A stretch of DNA of 47,659 nucleotides from a bacterium. GTDB lineage: Bacteria; Hydrothermota; 32-111. The notes below the pieces were generated by a model, which saw nothing but the letters and a program-made list of their open reading frames with translations, searched no databases and was not told the origin of the DNA. Position 1 is the stretch's first letter. Each line of letters opens with the position of its first letter. The stretch spans positions 1-47,659 of the forward strand of contig JBFXGO010000013.1 of the NCBI GenBank assembly GCA_050239825.1, given 5' to 3'. The position numbers and the translations under genes were made by a program. Positions 41,552-47,659 of this stretch are shown piece after piece.

Positions 41552-43221
41552 TTTGTCTCCTTTGTCTTTGCTAATATTTCTTCGAGCAGTTTTTCGTATT
41601 TGTCTTTATATACGACAAACTTCATCTCTGTTTTTGCTTTTTCATATTCAGTATTTATAATTGAATCTGTTACACTCTTCAGGTAATCATTCTTCAGCAT
41701 TCCATTTTTAAATGCATCTGTCAGCTCCGTCGGTTTCGGAGGAACTATCTCCATGACCTTAATCATGTTGAAGCCGCCCTCATTCCTGAATATTCCGGAA
41801 ACTTTATTTACTTTGCCCAGAGAAATCGCCTGCTGATAGTATCCGGTTGAGTCATCTTCAGTATAAATGTAATAATCCGGTTTTGAAAATTCTTTCGGTT
41901 TTACCTTTGAATAGAGTTTGGAGAAGTGTCTGAAATCATTTTTCTTGGCAAGAGAGTCCTTCACCATCTGAACCTTCATGCTGTCGTCATTTATCATAAT
42001 GTATATTCCGACTCTGCCTTTTTCGGTAAATTTAGCTATATTTGACTTATAGTAATTTACAAGCGTAGTATCGTCAGTGACAATGCTCGCTCGAATATCT
42101 TTGACAATCTGCTGTTCGGTTATTATCGCCATCTTAAGCTCTATGTCCTTCTTAAAACCAGAAGCCATGTCGGCTCCCATTCTCTTTCCCTTTTCATATA
42201 TTGTTTTGAAAAATACCACTCTGTCAATGTGGGCTTTTAGAGCGTCAGGGCTGTTGTAAGGAACCTTGCCGAATCCCTCTCTTGCGGTTATACTGTCTAT
42301 TGTCCTTATGTTCCATTTTCCAAGTGTGGAGGAGACAAGAATAAGATCTTTCTCTTCTTTAAGAGAATCAATCATTACCGCTCCGGTCGAGTCCCTCTTT
42401 AGGGAACTCAACACTTTTCCTATATTCTCTACATTTATCTCCATTTTGGCAAGGTCTCTCAGTCTCTTTTCGCTCTTAACAACCTCATCAGTTGTCAGCT
42501 TCTTTTTGAGACTCGCCTCTATCGCCTTTTTCTCTGTCGCATAATTTGACATATCCTTCAATTCGCGCTTTTTTACTCTTATTATATGATATCCAAAGGG
42601 AGTCTGAATGGGTTTTGATATTACACCGACAGGCATCTTCATGCATGCGTCTTCAAACTCCTTTACAAATGTGCCGCCTGAAAACTCTCTGAGATTTCCC
42701 TCGTTGTTTTTATTGTTTGTGTCCTCTGAAAAGAGTGCCGCCATCTCTCCGAACCTTTCGGGAGACCTTTTCAGGATCTGATAAATGCTGTCTGCCAGGG
42801 CTTTTTCCTTTGTCAGAATATGCTGCGACCAAATGGTTGTCTTTTGCCTTTTGTATGTCTCATGAATTTCTTTTTCACTCACCCTTATTCTGTCAAGAAC
42901 TTCCTGCTTGTAGACAGATTCAATAAGCTTATTGTTTTCCTGTTGAATCCTCATCTGCACAACATTCTCCGGAATCATGTTGTTCTTTTCAAGATAAGCG
43001 TAAGCAGTAATCTGTTTGAGGGTATTCTCAAAAACCTGATCCGCTTTTATTTTATTCTCTTCATATGTCGCGTTTGGCATTGGTACGAATAATTTTTCGA
43101 AATAACTCTTGTAGAAGACTTTTCCCCCAACCTCTGCGAGAGGATAATCTTTCTCTGCGCATCCTGAAACTGCAAGAAGCAGTGTCAGAAAAATCAGCGC
43201 TGTTATATAACGTCTGAGCAT
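41548..43221 (-). CDS. PpiC-type peptidyl-prolyl isomerase lipoprotein
   Basis: VSG-C lipobox; QHIL, F..MA..FSED, FVKEFE, PIQTPFGYHII. Confidence 0.88.
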   Translation of the reverse strand: MLRRYITALIFLTLLLAVSGCAEKDYPLAEVGGKVFYKSYFEKLFVPMPNATYEENKIKADQVFENTLKQITAYAYLEKNNMIPENVVQMRIQQENNKLIESVYKQEVLDRIRVSEKEIHETYKRQKTTIWSQHILTKEKALADSIYQILKRSPERFGEMAALFSEDTNNKNNEGNLREFSGGTFVKEFEDACMKMPVGVISKPIQTPFGYHIIRVKKRELKDMSNYATEKKAIEASLKKKLTTDEVVKSEKRLRDLAKMEINVENIGKVLSSLKRDSTGAVMIDSLKEEKDLILVSSTLGKWNIRTIDSITAREGFGKVPYNSPDALKAHIDRVVFFKTIYEKGKRMGADMASGFKKDIELKMAIITEQQIVKDIRASIVTDDTTLVNYYKSNIAKFTEKGRVGIYIMINDDSMKVQMVKDSLAKKNDFRHFSKLYSKVKPKEFSKPDYYIYTEDDSTGYYQQAISLGKVNKVSGIFRNEGGFNMIKVMEIVPPKPTELTDAFKNGMLKNDYLKSVTDSIINTEYEKAKTEMKFVVYKDKYEKLLEEILAKTKETK

Positions 43222-43263
43222 TGAACCTCCTTTTAATCTATTTCAATTTTTTATTTTATCAGA

Positions 43264-46233
43264 TTATAGCAAACTTTTCAATAGAGAACTTGTGAATGGA
43301 TACAGTTTTCTTGAATCCACATTCTTTATTACAATTGTGAAGGATGGCTGGTGCTTTACCTCAAGAGGATTTTCAATCTTTGCAAGCAGAGATCTCACCT
43401 CATCTATTCCGGGTTCATATCCCACCATGAACTCTATATATAGGTTCTTTCCAAGCATCTCAACTTTTCCTATAAGCTTCTCCTTGCATATTATTTTCAT
43501 CTCTTGTAGCAAAAACATGTTTTTTATCTCGTCTGGCATCTTTCCGTACCTGTCAATGAATTTCAACCTCTCTTTTTCAATATTTTCTCTCTTGCTTATC
43601 TGCGAAATATCTCTGTAGAGCTTCATTTTTCCGCTCTTTGTAAGGTTGAATCCGTCGGGAACAAATGTGTTGCCGGGAATATTTATTGTTGGTTCTATCA
43701 AACTCGCCTTCTTGACGCCTTTTACCTCGTCTATTGCTTCATTGAGAATCTTGAAGTAGAGGTTGTATCCTACATTTCCAATGAATCCGTGTTGCTGTGT
43801 CCCCAAAATTTTTCCGGCTCCCCGCATCTCAATATCCTTGATGGCGAGGTTTATTCCGGCTCCCAGCGAGGAGTATGATTTGAATGCCGAGAGCCTTTTT
43901 TTGGCATTCTCAGTTATCTGTGTCTTTTCCGGCACGATAAGATAGCAGTACGCCTCCCTCTGAGAGCGTCCGATTCTCCCTCTCAGCTGATGGAGTTCGG
44001 CTAAACCGAACATGTCCGCCCTGTTGATTATCATTGTATTTACATTGGGATTGTCTATTCCGGACTCAATAATGGCTGTGGACAGAAGAATGTCAAAGTT
44101 TCTATCTCTGAATGCCCGCATCTTCTCTTCAATCTCAATTGAGTGCATTTTTGCGTGCATGGATACGATTCTCACTTCCGGAAAAAGCTCTTTCAGTTTT
44201 TCCTCAAGACTCTTCAGGGTCTCTATCCTGTTGTGCAGGAAATAGACCTGTCCCTGCCTTGAAAGCTCTTTTAAAACTGCTGTTTTTATTGTATCCTCTG
44301 CCCACTTCACCACAAATGTCTTTATCGCCTTTCTGCCGGCCGGAGGAGTCATAATGTTTGAAATATCCTTTATTCCTGTCAAAGCCATTTCAAGAGTTCT
44401 CGGAATCGGGGTTGCCGACATTGCCAAAACATCAATGCTCTTCTTCAGTTCCTTTATTTTCTCTTTCTGTTTCACTCCGAACCGGTGCTCTTCGTCAACA
44501 ATATAGAGCCCCAAATCAAAAAATTCAATGTCGCTTGATAAAAGAGCGTGCGTTCCTATAACAAGATCAACATCTCCATTCCGTATCCTTCTTTTGACCT
44601 CTGTCTTCTCCTTCTCGCTTTTGAAGCGTGATAGAGTTTCAATCCTTATCGGAAAGGCGCTGAGTCTCTCCCTAAGCGTCTCAAAATGCTGTTGGGCGAG
44701 AATTGTCGTGGGAACAAGAAACGCAACCTGTTTTCCGCTTAAAAATGCTTTAAACGCCGCTCTCGCGGCTACCTCTGTCTTTCCGTATCCCACCTCTCCC
44801 GATATCAGCCTGTCCATCGGCTTATCCTTCATCATGTCTTTTTTTACTTCTTCAATCGCCTTCAGCTGGTCTTCAGTCTCTTCATGTTCAAACATCTCCT
44901 CCATTTCAATCTGTCTTTCATCATCCTGCTGAAACCTGAATCCTGCGACAACCTCTCTTTCAGCATACAATCGGAGAAGTTCGCCGGCTATTCTCTTTAC
45001 GGATTCACGCACCTTCTCTTTTTGTTTCTCAAATGAATTTTTCGCAAGAGAGGAGAGCTTTGGTTCTCTCTCCTTTCCACCGATATACTTATCTATCAGC
45101 CTTATCTGATCGACAGGAACAAAGAGTTTGTCGTTATTGTCATAAAAAATTTTAATGCAGTCTGTATACCTCTCTCCGTATGTCACCCTCTCTATGCCCG
45201 CATATCGCCCCACACCGTATGTCTGATGCACAATTATGTCGCCCATCTCAAGGGAATCAAGCTCTTCGAGTGCTATAGGAGAGAGGGGAACCTCGTAAAA
45301 CTTCGAAAATCTCTTCCTTGAAAAGACTTCAAAATCATTTATAAAGACCTCTCTCTTTTCGGGAAGAGAGAATCCCGCAATTATGTTTCCCCTGTAATAC
45401 TCAGCATCAGCTGAAGTAATCTTCTTTATTCTCTCCTCTTCATAATCATTCGCGCAGAAAATCCTTACTTTCCAGCCTCTGTAGTTTGCATCAATGTATG
45501 AACTGAGAGATCCCGACTGAAGCGACAGAGGCTTCAATTCCTCGCACACTGAATAATCCGTATTCTGAGAGAGCAGAATATCCTCCATGTCATATGAAAG
45601 ATAACCGCTTAAAAAAACCTCTGCTTTCGTCTCCGCCTCTTCAATTGCTGTTTTTTCAGGAAGGAAATACTCCTCAATCCTTTTCACCGATTCCTGCGTC
45701 TGTGTTGAAATCTCTCTTATGTCTTCAACTGTTTCATCATACAACTCTATCCTCACACAAGGTCCGACGATTCCGTATATGTCAAGAATGAACCCCCTGA
45801 CCGCATACTCCTTTCTCTCATATACATTGTCCTGTCTCTCAAAAGAGAAAGAGGAGAGGATTCTTTCAATTTCATTAAAATCCAATTTCTCGCCTCTTCT
45901 TATGGTGATTCCATTTTTCATGAAATTTGATTTTTCAGGAAATTTTATTGACGAAAAATTTTTGTCAGAGACAATCGATTTGCCTGTCTTCATGGCATAA
46001 AGGGCAAGGTACACAGCATCTTCATTTGATGCATCTATCAGAAGGTATGATTCCTCTTCAAAAAGTTCAAGATTCTCCGCCAGCATTGAGGCGGTCTCAA
46101 AGTCGCTCTCCAGAATGAGCTGTTTTTCTCCCTTCAATTCTCTGTTTTTAAGCAAAAATGGAATTAGCCCCCTTACGGATTTTTCGGGGGGTATATTTGG
46201 GATTATATCCAGAAGTTTATTAAATCTTGACAT
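43264..46233 (-). CDS. mfd: Transcription-repair coupling factor
   Basis: YAVRG.ILDIY, RID VH..YGVGRY, GEVGYGKTEVA, DEEHRFGV, SATPIPRTL, QLRGRIGR, TRG motif. Confidence 0.96.
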   Translation of the reverse strand: MSRFNKLLDIIPNIPPEKSVRGLIPFLLKNRELKGEKQLILESDFETASMLAENLELFEEESYLLIDASNEDAVYLALYAMKTGKSIVSDKNFSSIKFPEKSNFMKNGITIRRGEKLDFNEIERILSSFSFERQDNVYERKEYAVRGFILDIYGIVGPCVRIELYDETVEDIREISTQTQESVKRIEEYFLPEKTAIEEAETKAEVFLSGYLSYDMEDILLSQNTDYSVCEELKPLSLQSGSLSSYIDANYRGWKVRIFCANDYEEERIKKITSADAEYYRGNIIAGFSLPEKREVFINDFEVFSRKRFSKFYEVPLSPIALEELDSLEMGDIIVHQTYGVGRYAGIERVTYGERYTDCIKIFYDNNDKLFVPVDQIRLIDKYIGGKEREPKLSSLAKNSFEKQKEKVRESVKRIAGELLRLYAEREVVAGFRFQQDDERQIEMEEMFEHEETEDQLKAIEEVKKDMMKDKPMDRLISGEVGYGKTEVAARAAFKAFLSGKQVAFLVPTTILAQQHFETLRERLSAFPIRIETLSRFKSEKEKTEVKRRIRNGDVDLVIGTHALLSSDIEFFDLGLYIVDEEHRFGVKQKEKIKELKKSIDVLAMSATPIPRTLEMALTGIKDISNIMTPPAGRKAIKTFVVKWAEDTIKTAVLKELSRQGQVYFLHNRIETLKSLEEKLKELFPEVRIVSMHAKMHSIEIEEKMRAFRDRNFDILLSTAIIESGIDNPNVNTMIINRADMFGLAELHQLRGRIGRSQREAYCYLIVPEKTQITENAKKRLSAFKSYSSLGAGINLAIKDIEMRGAGKILGTQQHGFIGNVGYNLYFKILNEAIDEVKGVKKASLIEPTINIPGNTFVPDGFNLTKSGKMKLYRDISQISKRENIEKERLKFIDRYGKMPDEIKNMFLLQEMKIICKEKLIGKVEMLGKNLYIEFMVGYEPGIDEVRSLLAKIENPLEVKHQPSFTIVIKNVDSRKLYPFTSSLLKSLL

Positions 46234-46261
46234 ACATTCTGCTTTAAGTTAAAGTATTATA

Positions 46262-46723
46262 ATGAAGAAAATATTTATTTCAATGATTTTTTTGGCATCC
46301 TTGTTTTTCTCATGCTATTTCATGGGAGAGGCGGATGAGGGAACAATCTATTACTATGGATTCGACTTCTCGATAGGAAACCTCAATTCCAATTTTTCAA
46401 AAAACGACATTGTCGCAATAGTGGATTACAATCCTTCAATCGAAAACAGCGCGAGGGGGATGAATGTTTATCTCCTCCTCGACACACTCTCTCTGAGGCA
46501 GGATATAAAGGACTATGGAGAGGAGTCCTTCAATTTCATCGACAGAATAGAACCAAATATGCAATTTGATTCAATATGCGCCCCAATCACAGTCGGTCAC
46601 CTCTATGTTATGAGATGCAGAGACGGCTTTGTAAAGTTCAGAGTCATGTCTATATCCGGTCCGAACCTATATAAAAAAGAAATAGGCGTAATCTACGAAT
46701 TCACAGACGATTCAGTCTTTTAA
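46262..46723 (+). CDS. Lipoprotein, hypothetical
   Basis: FFS-C lipobox; GFDFS, GHLYV..C.DG.VKFRV. Confidence 0.7.
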   Translation: MKKIFISMIFLASLFFSCYFMGEADEGTIYYYGFDFSIGNLNSNFSKNDIVAIVDYNPSIENSARGMNVYLLLDTLSLRQDIKDYGEESFNFIDRIEPNMQFDSICAPITVGHLYVMRCRDGFVKFRVMSISGPNLYKKEIGVIYEFTDDSVF

Positions 46724-46730
46724 ACAATCA

Positions 46731-47608
46731 GTTTCGAGTTACGAGTTACGGGTTACGAGTTTAAATACAATACAGAGTGCTGATTAATATTTATTCTTTT
46801 CATTAATCTTCTAAAACTTCTGGTACAACCCGTTCTTTTCTATCATGTGCGTTCGCGCACATTACACCCGCGCCAATGGTTTTAGAAGATTCAGGCAATT
46901 AAATAACTTATTGATACACGAAAGCTCAAAGTCGGCGAGGACGCTCCGCGAAGACGCCCATCGAGTGGTCGCCCCCTTGCTCCGCTATCCCATCTTGATA
47001 AAGCGGCGAAGCGGAGTGTGTGAGCCGACGCTACGCTATTCATCAGCCCACCAAATCAGCCCTGAGCCTTGTGCCGTGAGCCTTGAGCTTAATACGGAGA
47101 GCCGAGTAAATAACTTGTCTTTACAGTTCCGAGGAAAAATTCCAGTGCAGTCATAACTCAATATACTGCTGATTAATATTTATTCTTTTCAATAATCTTC
47201 TAAAACTTCTGGTGCAACCCGAGGCGTCTATCATGTGCGCTCGCGCACATTTCACCCTCGGCAATGGTTTTAGAAGATTCAATCAATTAAATAACTTATT
47301 GAAACACGAAAGCTACAAGTCGGCGAGGACGCTCCGCGAAGACGCCCATCAAGTGGGCGACCCCTTGCTCCGCTAACCCATCTTGATAAAGCGGCGAAGC
47401 GGAGTGTGCGAGCCGACGCTACACCCGCCATCAGCCCATAAACAATCTTCAATCATCAACAATCAATAAACAATAATCAATAAACTGATAGACCCTTCAC
47501 GATAGTCATAACTACTGAATAGTTCAGGGTGACTCGATTGAGTCATAACCATAGAGGCATTCAGGGTGACACTGCTGAGTAAGATTTTGTCTTTACAGTA
47601 ATCTTCAC
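46731..47608. repeat. Mosaic palindromic repeat array C
   Basis: Same modules; GC hairpins at 46931-47029 and 47319-47417 (388-bp period); long stem-loops at 46805-46891 and 47194-47279. Confidence 0.95.
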
Positions 47609-47659
47609 TAGCCGCCAGTTAAAAAGCTACAATTTGGCTTTAATTTTTCCCATCCTGAA
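47608..47659 (-). CDS. Possible 3' end of a convergent gene
   Basis: Open frame ...SGWEKLKPNCSFLTGG-TAG ends where array similarity stops; too short to verify. Confidence 0.35.
   Translation of the reverse strand, partial: SGWEKLKPNCSFLTGG

Noticed and set aside
45300..46233. Short Mfd N-terminus (989 aa total) as a possible pseudogene
   Set aside because: The frame is continuous and the UvrB-like, RID, helicase and TRG motifs are present. A reduced N-terminal region is not evidence of inactivation.

Overview
Bacterial chromosomal window (AT-rich, diderm). TonB-dependent receptors, a C-terminal FlgD-Ig/T9SS-type sorting domain and a SurA-PdxA-Mfd cluster suggest an FCB-associated lineage such as WOR-3/TA06; this is inference only. 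Coding content is mostly housekeeping or envelope genes: a 9-gene V/A-type ATPase operon whose K subunit has the Na+ ligands, a sensor kinase lacking its phospho-His, a GT-C glycosyltransferase, a large secreted multi-domain protein, two TonB-dependent receptors, tldD/tldE, an M23 peptidase, prmA, an excisionase-HTH/nucleotidyltransferase fusion, a ChaN-like lipoprotein, rlmD, pdxA, three SurA/PpiC-type PPIases and mfd. The main discovery is non-coding. Three co-oriented mosaic arrays (about 30726-31990, 37807-38475 and 46731-47608) lie between convergent gene ends. They are built from the same few hairpin modules, mostly in one order: a ~26-nt AT-rich leader, a long stem-loop, an optional short hairpin, a long GC-rich nested hairpin, a heptamer run and an ACCCT/AGGGT hairpin. 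The stems show compensatory base changes, module apices are swapped between copies, GCGNAGC mini-hairpin motifs recur, and a REP-like GTAG flanks the main hairpin. No transposase, integrase, Cas or RT gene is in the window. No tRNA, rRNA or CRISPR array was recognised.
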